A stretch of 64,000 bases of DNA from Vicugna vicugna (taxonomy: Eukaryota), in NCBI GenBank assembly GCA_013265495.1, contig MU057744.1:1997370-2061369 (forward strand). Direction: 5' to 3'. Below the pieces are notes generated by a model. That model ran no database searches, was not told the origin of the DNA, and saw only the letters and a list, made by a program, of their open reading frames with translations. Below, in pieces: positions 49,631 through 62,583 of the stretch. Within the stretch, counting starts at the first letter, position 1, and every line of letters begins with the position of its first letter. The translations under genes were made by a program, and so were the position numbers.

Positions 49631-51493
49631 GCGGAGGGCCATTTCCTCTGTGGTGTCAGGAAGAAAGAGACACGTTTCTCCTCCGAAAGCGGGCAGACTG
49701 AGAGTGACAGAGTGGAGGTCTGGGGAATTCCACCCTTGTGACGCAGGGGGTGAGGCTGTCCGTCCGCCCAGAGTAGGAAGCACTGGGCGGTGCCGGCTCC
49801 TAAGCCAATTCCACCGGTGTTCGCCACGAGCGTCCCATCGGAGGCGGAACCAGAGCCCACACTGAGCTGAAGCTCTTTTGTTGGACGACTGGATGATTAG
49901 AACAGAGGCAGCACAAAGGGCTTCCTTCAAAAACCTTTCTGACCCCAATAGATACCATCTGTTTTCTCGCTTCCAGTATTTTTTCAGCCTGTAATGATCC
50001 ATTTCTGTAAACAATACATCTAATACAGAAAAAAAGCTAGAATTCCTCTCGAGTGTACTTAATTTTATCACAGAGCTAAAAAATTAGACTTGAAAAGTCA
50101 CTTCCATTATGTAACGTTATGACAGTCTAAAAAAATGCCTGCACGTCCTTCGTTTTTATGCCTAAAGATGATGAGCAGGTATTATCAAAAATAAAAACTC
50201 TTTTCTGAAACCACTGAATTGGAGTTAACGTTCCAGTGGCGTACGTGATGTGAAAAGTAGGAAGCTCGATGTTAAAGAACAAAATTTAACCCATCTTGAG
50301 TTTTCCCTTAAAATCATGTCTCTCTTTTAAGAGTACAAAGAAAAGTCATTATCAATACTAACATTTGAGGGAACAGCAAAAGTTGAATCTTCCTTGAATA
50401 AGAATAAAGTGTCTCAGAGACAATTTTTCTTGGACTCTGAATTAAATAAAGGAGGAATTATGTTAGAATGCTTTTTTCTCCTCATTTAAAAATTTGCCAT
50501 TCATGCAGAATATATATACATGCATATATATAACGTTTAAAGGTCCTGGTGCCTACCCGTCTTCTGCAAATGCTCTAAAGTCAAATTGGGGACTGAACAT
50601 TTCTTTTGTCAACCTTGTCCAAACTCGTCTCAATACAGAATCACTTTTTGGCCAATCAAACAATTCCATAAAGACTTGTTCAGCTAGTTTGTTGAGATCT
50701 GCGAGCCAATTATTTTTTCCCCTCTGAACTTCTGATGTCTTTTTTCAGAGGCTTTTATTCAAGGCCCTTGGCCATACGTGTACGTGAACTTGTGTGAACC
50801 GTGCCACTGCAGGCTCCTGTATGGAGGAGGAGCAGGTCTGCCTCTTGCAATCTGGACCACATCAAACCAGGTGACGGTGTTAGAAAGATGCTGAAAATGA
50901 GTGATACCAACTTAAGCACGCAGGACCCTGTCCGAACGCAGGCCTTTCAGCTGCCTATGGGCAGTAAGATTCATCAGGTGAGTGTTCATTGAGGACACCC
51001 TCAATTCTGGTCCTGTGCTAGGGGCTAGGGAGAAGAAGACGGACACAGATCTTGCCTTTAAAAAGCTGGAATAAGGAATAGATGGCTGTAAGCACAGACA
51101 GCTCATCAAATCCTGGTCACTTGTGAAGACGCTCAGGGAAAATGACGTTAACTCAATCATGCAGTGAGAGAGACTCAGGAAATCCAGTCCTCTGGGCCTC
51201 CGCGAGGACGTGCGGACAGTTCCTCTGCCTCTCGCGCCAGAAGCTGCCCAGTTCTCTCCCGCACCTTTGGGGTTTCCCTCAGCTCCGGCCTGGATGAGGT
51301 CCTGGTTCCGTATGTGCCTCTCCCACCAGCCCCCACACAACTCTGCCTTCCTTCCTCAATCACATTTCACCAGCCGTGAGCTATTTCTACTTCATCTTTT
51401 TCGACTTCGGAGCAGCAGTCAAAGTTTCCGACTCCAAGACACCTGAGCATGAAGCCTACACCCGTGCATGTTTTATCTGTAGGATATGCAGTG

Positions 51494-51627
51494 CACTGTC
51501 ACAGGAGACACACAGGCAGCAGTGGGCACTGCCACAGGAGACGCACAGGCGACAGTGGGCACTGCCACAGGAGACGCACAGGCGACAGTGGGCACTGCCA
51601 CAGGAGACGCACAGGTAATAGTGGGCA
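51494..51627. repeat. Minisatellite, 4 x 33 bp
   Basis: Unit cactgccacaggagacgcacaggcgacagtggg; central copies identical, outer copies diverged. Confidence 0.95.
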
Positions 51628-54600
51628 TTCAATGCGGATACTATGCTAAGGTTCAGATCAGGGGTCAGAATCGTGACCTGCCTGGTAGCCACTTCCTACT
51701 TTCTCGACAATGTTCTAAGTGTTTTTTATATTTGATCTCTTTTAACTATTCTGACACGCCTGTGAGGGAACTGTCCCCACTTTACAGAGGATAACAAAAC
51801 TTGGCGAGGCCACACCAGTAAACATGGGGGAGCTTGGGTCTGAACGCACATTCAGCAGGTTCTGATCCGGGACGCACCGCCGCCCAACACAGGAGGTGGT
51901 CCGGTGCGGTGACCGGGAAGGCCCCTGGCTCCGTCCCTGCAGCGTCTGTGTGACGGGTCACCTCCACTGGGTCCTGGCCCTTGATGAAGAGGAGCTAATA
52001 ACGGCGTTGCTGCAGAGAGGCTTTTCACGGGGTCGGTGAGTCCATCCGTGTGAAACGCTCTCAGCCGCACCAGGTGTGCGGGCGGCTCTAACAGGCAGCT
52101 CGAACGTCATCATCATCGTTGCTGTTTAGCCTTTCAGGCACCAGAGTGTAGAAACAGAAGAAAGGAGCAGACCTGTAATGTTCTTACCCGCCGGCAAGGT
52201 CTGCCCTCGCCGCGGGCACACAGCGGTGGGGGAGGGTGCGCTGCGGGTGAGTGTCTGATGAAGGAATCGGAGCCGAGTGCACTGGTCCAGTGGAAGGGCT
52301 GTCTCAGGTAGACTAGGGTGAGTCCTACTGAGCTGGACCCCAAAAGGGCCTGAACACGTGTAGGTGAGGGTGGAGGAGGAGGGAGACCAGCTCTTCCAGA
52401 TCAGAGGGCCCAGCCGCGCAGTGAGCGGGCTCCACAGAGTGGCCAAGACTGAAATGCATAGATAATGTACACAGCGCAGGCCGCCACAAGTTCGGTGAGA
52501 TCCGAGGACCCCTGGGCACGCAGGGTGGCCCCGCTGGCGGGGACAGGGGAGGGCACCAGTTTGATGTTATTGACTTGGGCCTCAGTTGCCAGTGAATTAG
52601 TGCTGAGGCCTTGAGAGACAGCCTGTGCCCCTTTCCCAAGGCAGCCCGAGCGTCCTCTGCCACAGAGGGACGGCAGCTCCTGCCATGTCTGTTACCACAA
52701 GGCACCTCACAGGGTCACTGCATTTTGCAGAGCAAAATGATGAGAGAGATATATATTTGAGAGTAAACAAACTATTTTATACCAGTGTTACAGAAAGCAA
52801 AATAGCATTTCCCAAACTTGAAGCTGCTAGAAATCTAAGCTGGTATCATGGCCACACAGAGGTGCAGAGCAAAGGAAAGACTGTGCAGCACAGGTGAGGA
52901 CACCCCCAGGTCTCCGGCGTCAGTGCTGGATGGCGTGGCTCTGTGACAGACGTCCAAACCCAGCACCGCCCTGCTCCTCCCCAGGCCCCGCGCCTGTGTG
53001 GCCATCACGCCAGCTGAAACGTCCACCTGCTCAGGAACGGAAGGCCGGTTTCACACGCAGACAAGGAGCTTTCACATAAAGCAGGTGTCCTACACAAGTG
53101 CTCAGAGAACGGAATGTACCGGAACACGGACACGTTAAGCAAGCACAGGGGTTTTAAGTGTGGGAGGGGAGAAGCCATTTTCTCTCTCCCTCCCTCCTGT
53201 TTCCTGACTGCTGTGGAAGAAGCTGCGTGGGGAGCCCGGGCCCTGCGACGGGAGCAGGTCTCCAGACACAGCGTGTCAGTGAGCTCCCCGTGACCCTCCA
53301 GGCTGCAGGGTCCCAGACTTTGTCCTAAAAGGGAAAAGTCACAGGACTGGACTTCCTCAAAACCACATATGTTTATAAATGGGCTGTTTCAAAACCCTAT
53401 ATAACTGGACCATTTAAAAATCTTATATATATATCTGGACGTTTATATATAAGGTTTTGAAAAAATAGGTGTTAATTATTATTATTAATTCATTGGGGAA
53501 AACCTCCTCTTTGACACCCACATTGTTAACCCTTGTGGGTTAGGAGTTCAGCACTCACTTCCCAGTGTGAACGTGCACCTGGGAGGCCCTGGCCCTGGTC
53601 TGCCTGCTCAGGTAGCCCGTGCAGGCTTCTGTCGGGCACACTGGCCTGTCAGCTAGGCGCCCGTGGAGGCAGGTGTGGGGACGCAGGGAGCCAGGGGGTG
53701 CTGAGCACCTGTGTGTGGACTTGGAGAGAGATGGGCCCACGCACCTGCTTGCCACCGCCCCTCAGCTGAGCCCTGGAGGCCCATGAGCCTCACCCAGATT
53801 CACAGTCGAAAAATCAACGGAGTTGCTGGGACTCTGTTACTGTCTTTTGTTTCATTCCACATTTGCTTGTTTATTTAATTTCACTGGATCTTAGCAATGA
53901 CTACGTACAATATGGGAACAGAGAGTGAAGTGACACGTTGGACCTGCAAGGGGACAGGACGTGCAGAGGGACTTGGCTGAATACCCTCGGCTGGTGGTCC
54001 CCTCTCCCTCGTTTCCTTGGCAGTGACACGGCCTCTTGGCCGGAGCGGGCCCTGCCTGTGGTCCCTGACCCTCTGGGAAGCTGCCGTCCTGCATGTGCAG
54101 GATGCTTGTTACCAAGTTACCAAGGAAATGGGAACTGGGTCAAAAATATAAATGATGCCTGTTTTCAGAATCCTAAAGGAAACAGACTGGCAACAACGGA
54201 CAAGCCACTTTTTTTCCAGATCCACACACCTGAATATTTAAGCGTTATATTAATCGCTTCAATACGGCTTTCAAATTTATATAAACATTGGTTAAAATCG
54301 ATCAGGCAAGCCTTAGAAGAAACAGACTCTTTTCTTCCATTAAATTAAGGAGCAAAAATGCCAGACTAATTATTAAACAAATTAATGGAAAGGCCAGAGG
54401 ATTTACGTTGCAAATTTAATACATCTGAATATCTCCCCCCAAGAGCTCACGGTTGGGATTATTTGATACGAACACCCATAAAGTGTTAGCCTTCGCAGAA
54501 GCACTTTCCTTTCGTATTGCATGGGTGGGATCTGCTGTTTCAGGTCTGGGGAGAAGGTCCCAGAAAACAGGAGTTCCTGAGAGACCCCACCCCCCGCCCC

Positions 54601-55429
54601 CAGCGCCTCACTTTCCAGCTTTGTCGGGGAATGTTGGCAAGTGATCTTGCCAGTGCAGGGTGAGTTCACGCCATCCTGAGCACGGACGAAAAGCAGGAGG
54701 AGTAAAAAGAAAGGACTAGAAAGGAAATCAGCACTTCCCACGCCACGTGAAGCCTGTGTTTTCACAGGTGCCAGCACCTCACACCTCTCCCTCCATGCTG
54801 GAAAGGGAGTTCGCAGTGACCACTTGGAAATGACCCAAAGATGTGTTTCATCCCCAGTAAGTCTGTTTCTCATTATGTCAGTAACACAAGACAAGAGGGG
54901 ACAAGACGACATGGCACGACCCAAAGCCACATGGTGAACCCCTTCTTTGGTGACAGGGCAAAACCTTCAGCCTGACATGCCCACTGCTGGGTTCCCGAGG
55001 AGCAGAGGGATGCAGGTGGGCTGACCACACCCCAAAAGGCAACTGGGAGTCAGTTCTTTGAAATGGAACTGATCTGACCATGATGCAGCTAGCAATTTTT
55101 GTGGTGATCTCAAAGCAAACAACAGAAAAGGCAAAAAAGAAAAAAAAACCCCAAAAATTCCACTAAGAAAACAAGATAGTATTTTATGTTTACACACGAG
55201 TCCTGGATGTTTACATGGAAAGTCGCTGGCAGAGGCCAGGGGATGTTGTGGGACTGCTTCCCAGACCCGGAGGACAGGCGTTTCAGGGGCAGACAGAGGG
55301 CACTTGCTGGGAGCTGCTCACTGCCTATCCTGACCCAGGCACCAGCTCCTATTCCGACACGGGACTGGTGTGCGATGTGATGAGCTGTTCCTGGGCCCGA
55401 GCTCTGCGGGGGGACAGCTAGACTGGGTC

Positions 55430-55625
55430 CTCTTCCAAACTCTGTGACCTCGGGCAGGTGACTCAACCTGCCTGTGTCTCAGTTTCCTCATCTTTAAAAT
55501 GGGTATAAAAGTGGAGCGGGTACAGCTCAGTGGTAGAGCGCATGCTTAGCATGCACGAGGTGCTGGGTTCAACCCGCAGTCCCTCCATTAAATAAACAGA
55601 TGGATAAATAGATAAATAACAATCT
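55430..55625 (+). mobile_element. MIR core followed by an inserted tRNA-derived SINE (about 55512-55625)
   Basis: tgtgacctcgggcaggtgactcaacc...ctcagtttcctcatctttaaaatggg (MIR), then gtacagctcagtggtagagcgcatgcttagcatgcacgagg...gggttcaa. Confidence 0.85.
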
Positions 55626-56224
55626 AAAAATGTAATCAGGAGACACCCGGAGAACCGACGTGTGGGATGACAATGATGCCGGTAGCCGTTCAGGCGTCAC
55701 TTATCTCCCATCTGTCGCTTGGACAGACCTAGAGCCTCTTTCCACGAGGGACCCAGGAACTGGCCTGGGTGCCCGGGCAGCTTGTTCTGGACAATGAGGA
55801 ACAGGCGACTGGCACATCCTGCAGTCCAGACGTTCCCCCCAAGTTTCTGGACAATGATCATGAAGCATCGTCCTAAAGCTGTTGTAACTGCCCACAGGAA
55901 CACGATGATAATTTAATTCCACAAATGTGAACCGAGCACCAGGAAGTCCCAGGCGTCGTGCCAAGCGGGCGAGGCACAAGGAAGACCCAGATGATGCCTT
56001 TCCACCCCCATCTCCGCCCCCTGCCCCTGGATTCACAGTCAAACGAGAAGAGCAGGCTCAGAAACCAGGCACCTCAGTATAAGGAGGATTCTGGCCAGTG
56101 GGCTCCAAAGCCCAGGGCTGGCTCCAGAGTCAGTCTGCCTGATTTGAATTCAAGCTTTTTCTCTCATGACATACACCTTCCCGGCACTTCTGTATCCTGT
56201 TTTCCTCTGTAGAACTGGGCTGTG

Positions 56225-56918
56225 CCTGCAAATGGCATTATTTCATTCTTTTTCGTGGCTGAGTAATACACACACACACACAAACTTCTTTATCCAGTCC
56301 TATGTCGATGGACATTTAGGTTGCTTCCATGTCTTGGCTTTTGTAAATAGTGCTGCTGTGAACATTGGGGCACATCTTATCTTTTCAAATTACAGTTTTT
56401 GCACAGCAAAGGAAACCATAAGCAAAATGAAAAGACAGAATGGGAGAAAAAATCTGCAAATGATGCAACCGACCAGGGATTAATTTCTAAAACATACAAA
56501 CAGCTCATACAGCTCAATATCAAAAAAAACAAACAACACAATAAAAAAATGGGCTGAAGACCTAAATAGATATTTCTCCAAAAAAGACATCCAGATGGCC
56601 AACAGGCATATGAAAAAATGCTCAATATTGCTTATTATCAGAGAAATGCAAATCAAAACTACAATGAGGAATCACCTCACACCAGTCAGAATGGCCATTA
56701 TTCAAAAGTCCACAAATGACAAATGCTGGAGAGGCTGTGGAGAAAAGCGAGCCCTAACAAATGCTGGCTGTGGAGAAAAGCGAGCCCTCCTGCACTGCTG
56801 GTGGGAATGCAGTTTGGTGCAGCCACTGTGGAAAACAGTGTGGAGATTCCTTAAAACCTCAAAACAGGGTTACCACACGACCCAGAAACCCCACTCCTGG
56901 GCATACATCTGGAGAAAA
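56225..56918. mobile_element. LINE-1 fragment with internal inversion
   Basis: Antisense L1 about 56225-56397 joined to sense L1 ORF2 about 56398-56918 ([10 protein letters not shown]...[13 protein letters not shown]...[21 protein letters not shown]). Confidence 0.88.
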
Positions 56919-57949
56919 GTTTAATAATTCTTGGTTACCCCTTTAATGTCCACAGGACTGGTAGGACAGCCCCTCTCATATTTTAGACATATTGGAATAT
57001 GAAAGGCATGGACTTTAGAGTAACAAGAACTTCCATCTTTAATAATAATAATCATATAATGCGACACTGCTTCAGGCACAGCACTGGACAAGAAGGTGTC
57101 CATGTCCTCGCTGGGCCCCCTTCATTCTGTTAGGAGAGAGGGACAGCGAGGGGACCCCTGTGTGGTAAGGAAGTAAAGTCCAGCATGTTGACATCTCCAC
57201 GCACGTCACACACTACACTTAGCACTTTCCAGCCTCGCAGCAGCCTTGAGAAGCAGGCGGTATTCGGCGCACTGGACAGAAAACAGGGAAACTCAAGAGA
57301 AAGTGAGTAAGGACTGAAGCTCACAGCCACTCACTGGAAAAGTCAAACTTTTAACCAAGTCTGATTTCACAGCCCTGAGCCCGAAAGCTCTGACACTCAC
57401 ACTGGTTATTTGATGTTAATGGTGGAGGGTTTAAACAACAGAATGATGGTTTTTTCTGAGAAAGGCCTCGTCCGCTTTTCCTTAGAAATTAAAACCTCCA
57501 GACTAAGATTTCTCAAACAGAAGATCCTTTGAACTTTTCCAAAAGCTTTAATTTCACCTAATGAGATAGGAATCGATTAGATCTATTATTTAGAGGGATT
57601 AGAGCCCTGCGAGGACTCGCAGCAAATCCTCTGAAATCTGTAAAAATCTGGGCTCTGATCTGACAGGGATCATCAGTCTGCTGTGTCGTCCCAGACTTCC
57701 CTGTCATCTTCTGTGACACTTCCCGGGTCGTCGAGAGGATCTAAGCTGTTAGAACTGCTTCTTCTGTCAGCCACCTCTCATCAAACTGGGGCCTGTGAAA
57801 TTTTTTTTGGAATCCGTGTGGTCCCCGCCCAGGAGGGACCCTCTGGAAGGTGCTTGCACTGGGGGCGTAGCCTCTGGTTGGGAGCAGCGCTTGCTGGCTG
57901 ATTATAATATTAACAACAGTGGCTAGCTTAACCCTAAATCTTTCTTCTT

Positions 57950-58107
57950 TAAAAAAAAAATTCTACTGTTTTTATTTATTTTTTTAAAAAAAATCTTGGG
58001 GGAGGAAGGTAATTAGGTTTTTAGAGGAGGGACTGGGGATTGAACCCAGAACCTGTGTATGCTGAGCATGAGCTCTGCCACTGAGCTCTACCCTACCCCC
58101 TACCCCC
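57950..58107 (-). mobile_element. tRNA-derived SINE with TSD
   Basis: 14-bp TSD aaatctttcttctt at 57936-57949 and 58108-58121. Confidence 0.9.
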
Positions 58108-58362
58108 AAATCTTTCTTCTTCAGAAGAGGAAAGAGAATTTTCTCGGAGAAGGTGAGTAACCGCATTTGGTCTTCTTTAAACATGAAGATTCAGTGATAA
58201 TTCTACACTGGAAGTTAAGCTGTTTCTTCATAGTCTATCACCCAAATCGGCACTCGGTCTCTGTATATTTATAATTCCATGTGCTTTCACACTGACTCGG
58301 GTCTCTTCACCAACAACCCATAGACATAGAGGTTTAAAAAATATTATAAACATTTTATTTAA

Positions 58363-58498
58363 GCGGTGGGGGGGGAGTATAGCCCAGTGGTAGGGTGTTT
58401 GCTTAGATGGATGCACGAGGTCCTGGGTTCAATCCCCAGTTCCTCCATTAAAAATAAAAACCCAATTACCCTCCCCCCAAAACAAATAAATAAAACCC
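58363..58498 (+). mobile_element. tRNA-derived SINE with TSD
   Basis: 12-bp TSD cattttatttaa at 58351-58362 and 58499-58510. Confidence 0.9.
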
Positions 58499-60932
58499 CA
58501 TTTTATTTAAAATGTTTTCCCTTTAGATTTGCAGAGCAGTAATATTGCCTCAGCAGGCCACTTCTTTATGACATCGACGTGGTCTTTTATGAGGTGAACA
58601 AAGAAATCAAAGGTTCTTTATTGCCAGATATCAGCATCGTTAAGGTGCAGCCAGTGAAACAGACGTAACAGCTTTTCGAAAACCCTCACCACCCCCCACA
58701 AAGAGACTACCTGCCGCCTGATCAGCCATCTGTATACTGGTGTCAGCTCCTAGATCTAACATACTGGCAGTGGGGGCAGAAGTATCAGTTTCCAGAGATT
58801 TACAACTTATAGAGTGTTACATAGCAGGCGGTTATCCTGTTACAGGTGTCTGTGAAAACTGGGTGACCATAATGACTGGTCTTCCAAATCCCTACTACGT
58901 TCTCCCTACAGTTTTCTTTCCTTCATTTTCCTGTGGGGGAAACCGGGTGCCAGGCCAGGTGTGTTTCTGCTCGTTCTACTGTAGGTTAGTTCGTACCTGA
59001 CACCTGATGGGGAAATGCGCTCCTGTGGACCGCTGGAGAATCATGTCCTGATCTTACAGAACAGCAGCCGGTTCCGCGCACAGCCCAGCGCCAGCCCGCC
59101 AGGCCCAGCCCCAGCTGTGCCCCATACCGGGCATGTAATTACAGGCAAGTCACTTAACCTTGGTTTTCTCACCTGTAAAATGGGGGTAGCAGTATTACCC
59201 ACCTCTGGCACCTGGGAAATAGTCAGTAAAGATTAGCATTCAATTAACATTAGTGTTTCTTCTCAACATGTCAGTCAGACTTAGGTTTCTGTTCCTGCTC
59301 CAGCTGGTAAGAAATTTTATTTCTCCAGGATCACACAGTCGAGTGGGATCATGACTGTGACCTACCCTTTATATTTCTGTAGCCAATTCATCAAAGTGCT
59401 TTCACATTTACTTATTTGAAAGAGGCCATGAAGGATCTGACACTTAGAAAACTAGTTTCGTACTGTACTGGATCCAGGAAAACAAGATATTTTCAGAGTC
59501 ACGCAATGTAATTTAAAAAAAGACACTCAATATTGGGTTCTTTGAAAACCAAGACCAGACTTTTGAAATGCCTGACAATTTTTTTCTCCATTCCCTCAGG
59601 AAGAAATGTGCCAAGGACACACCTTGGCAGGTAATTCAAGCTAAGGCAATGTGATTCCTGCAAAGGAACTGTGACCAGAGCAGATAATCTGTACTTGTAC
59701 AAAAAGCACCAGAGGGTCCATTTTGGGCATTGCGTCCCAGGAGCGGAGTGACGTGAGCTTGGGGGACCTGGAGGTGTGGCCCTGAACCGCCTGGCCTGAC
59801 ATCAGGCCTCTGAGTGGCAACATAAACACGAACTGGGAAAGCATCGTTATCCGTTCACGCAAACGTGAAAACCACAGACGCATCCGAAGTCAACGTTCCA
59901 GTCCCCCTGCTCTGATTTATCTCCCTGGTGTCTCCAAAAGCATCAGTTTCAAACCTCTCTTGCACAGAAGTAGCTGAGAGAGCTGCTGGCTTCAAGTGTA
60001 GTATCTCCTCTCCTTATTTCTGCTTAGAGCACCCCGATGGAGCGTTACAGGCACCAGAAGGTTCAGGAAAGCCCTCTAATGGTTTTTCTAGCTACAAGAA
60101 ATCGTGTGCTTCACGTGAGACTTTATTTTCTGCTTTGGCATGAGAAATACTGAGATGGTATGGAAGTTAACATACTGGAAATGCAGCTCCCCCGTATCAC
60201 CCAGGACAAGCTAACAGTAGCTTTTCATGCTTCACAACATGTTGGGGAGAATAGAAGAACATCTTAAATAAATTTTTTAAAAACTAAGTAAAATAACGCA
60301 AAGGTCATGCAGGTGAGGCTCGGTAAACCGGCGATGAACACTTCAGGCCTGGGTCCCCTCCACCCACGAGCCCCGCAGGAGCGGGGGAAGGCTGAGGGAG
60401 GGAGGGGCAGGCGCGCCCTAGGCTTTGACGTGCCACTGACACTGCAGGGTCACCCGGGGGCAGGCTGAGGGACAAGCCCGGCATGACAGCACTGGAGGAG
60501 ATGAGCCGCGGGTAGGTCGGCAAGAAGCACCAACAAAGGTGACAGACCCTAAGGGCCGCACGCTCGGATGAACGGGACCTCACCGGGGGATGAGTTTCAG
60601 GCGCGCTTCGCTTAGAAGATGGCACTGCACTTGGCTTTTTATGGATGTAGACACTTGGAGTGGAAAAGCAGAGAGTGGGGGATGAGACTGAGGATGAGTG
60701 GGTGCAGGGAGGCTCAAAGGGGTGGGAAGAGCCGAGTGACACTCAGAGGGTGCCGTGAGGACCTAGCTCGAGCCCCGACATCACGCAAGGTGGGGAAACC
60801 TGCAGGAGCATCTTGTGTTTGGGTGATGGAGGCCCTTGAAAAACGGAGCCTTTGGGAGGTTTTGCAGAAGGTGGCTTTTGAATCCTCCTTCTCAGGAGTA
60901 AAGTGAATGTAGGAGATCAGAAATGTGGCTCT

Positions 60933-61027
60933 GGGGGGAGGGGCAGCTCAGGGGTGGAGTGTGTGCTTAGCGCGCCCGACGTCCTGCGCTCAATCCCTAG
61001 GACCTCCAAAAAAAAAAAAAAAAAAAA
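60933..61027 (+). mobile_element. tRNA-derived SINE with pure A tail
   Basis: ggggggagggcagctcaggggtggagtgtgtgcttagcgcgc...caatccctaggacctcc followed by about 20 A. Confidence 0.85.
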
Positions 61028-62036
61028 CAGGTGTTGTGAAAGAACGGAGAGAAGTAAAAAGTCTGTTCACTCAATATTCCAGTTATCCTAGAAGAAGGGA
61101 GTGATGTTAATGAAGTGCTTACTATGGGCCAAGCTGTATATTCTGTTTTTCATCTTTTAAAAATCCTCATAAAAGCCTATTGAGGGAGTTACCACCTCCA
61201 CTTCACAGAGGAAAGACTGACACACAGGCTACGTTCACAAAGCTCTCAAGTCCCAGAGGCGGGGTCAAGACCGAGGCCTGTCTGAACTCAAGGTGTATGA
61301 CTTTCCATCTCCAGAACTAGCGTGAGGGGCTTAAAAAAGCCCACGTGGACGCCACAACAAAGTGGGACACGAGCTGTGCTCGCATAAGCCCGTGCCTACG
61401 TGTGGTGACAAAATGAGACCAATTTCCACACCAAACCTCAGCTACTCAATTTTCTTTTTAAAAAGTTTTGCAAGCAAGTCTTTGCGTCCGTTTGCTCTGA
61501 CAGAGTCCCTGTAAACTCAGCGATGACATTTTACAGGAGACACATTTATCAGGATAACTGAATATCCTTTGAATTAATCAGGTGAAACCATTGTGCTTAA
61601 GGGGAGAGCGGTCTGGAAGCAGTAACCTCACTGCCTGCATCTTCTGCCTGCCTGTTGGAGCACGTCGCTTTGGGGTGTCTGGCTTGTGCAGGACTTACCG
61701 ACTGCCGTTTTGGGGGGCATGGTTCAGGCTCGGGTGGACACCAACCCAGGCTGGGCCGCTGACGTTTGTCCTCAGCAATCTGGAACTGGGACCTAGAGCC
61801 ACCCGGTGAGTTTGTCCAGAGAGCAGGGGCGGGTGAATTCCATCCTAGGAGCTGAAGCAGAGAAAACCTGCCCTGTTTGCTGAGAGCAGATGTGTGTGTA
61901 GGCGAAGAGAGAGAGAAACACGGGTCCGAAGCTCTGAGAGCTTTGCTGCTTTGGGTTCCAGCACCTTCCTGCGGCTCCATGAAATATCATTCTTTCTTAT
62001 AAAACCTTTATTGCTTAAATTAGCTCAAGTTGGTTC

Positions 62037-62583
62037 TGAGACGGGAGGGAGGGGGCAGGGCGCAGCCATTAAAGGAATGGCACAGCCATTAGCACCAAGG
62101 TGGCGGAAGGGTCAGCTCCCAGTAGTCCTTGAGCATCAGCGCACACTCACTGGATACAGCAGCTGCCAAAGTGACACTCCCACAGGTGCCAGCGCAGTTT
62201 CCAGGCTGCCCACGGAAGGTCAAAAGGTGAGTGACGGCCCATCCTGGGCTCCCAGCCCTGCCCAAAGCAGTGGGAACAGTCCTCCCACTTGTCAGCATAT
62301 GACGTCACCGAGCCCAGAAAAACTACCCACCCCATGCCTCATGGTCGATCTCATTTTTCCTAGCAGACCCCCATCCTCTGAGGCCACAGCTGCTCTCCCG
62401 TCTAAGACAGACCATGTGCTGTCTATGGAGTATGTATCTCTCTGAATGAAACTTTTACCCAGCTGTGGCTCGCTCTTGAGTTCTTTCCTGCATGAAGCCA
62501 AGGACTGACACCTGGTGGGGCCCAGGACTAGCCTGGAACCTGGGGCACGGCCATCCTCTCGCCCCACGTGTTTTCCTGTATCA
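62037..62583 (+). mobile_element. ERV-type solo LTR inserted in an older MaLR element
   Basis: TGAGAC...GTATCA termini and U5-like ctcgctcttgagttctttcctgcatgaagccaagg; the left flank resembles an MLT1 end. No clear TSD. Confidence 0.55.

Noticed and set aside
49142..50071. 309-aa ORF on the - strand
   Set aside because: It spans L2 and SINE remnants and shows no domain-like features; a chance ORF.
51494..51627. 33-bp repeats as a CRISPR array or repeat protein
   Set aside because: Head-to-tail units with no unique spacers, eukaryotic context and no cas genes.
55518..55590. tRNA-Ala gene
   Set aside because: The tRNA-like head lacks a pairing acceptor stem, continues into an A-rich tail and recurs as many diverged copies; it is a SINE.
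56595..56924. L1 ORF2-like ORFs (also 3423-3620) as functional genes
   Set aside because: Short truncated and frameshifted retrotransposon fragments.
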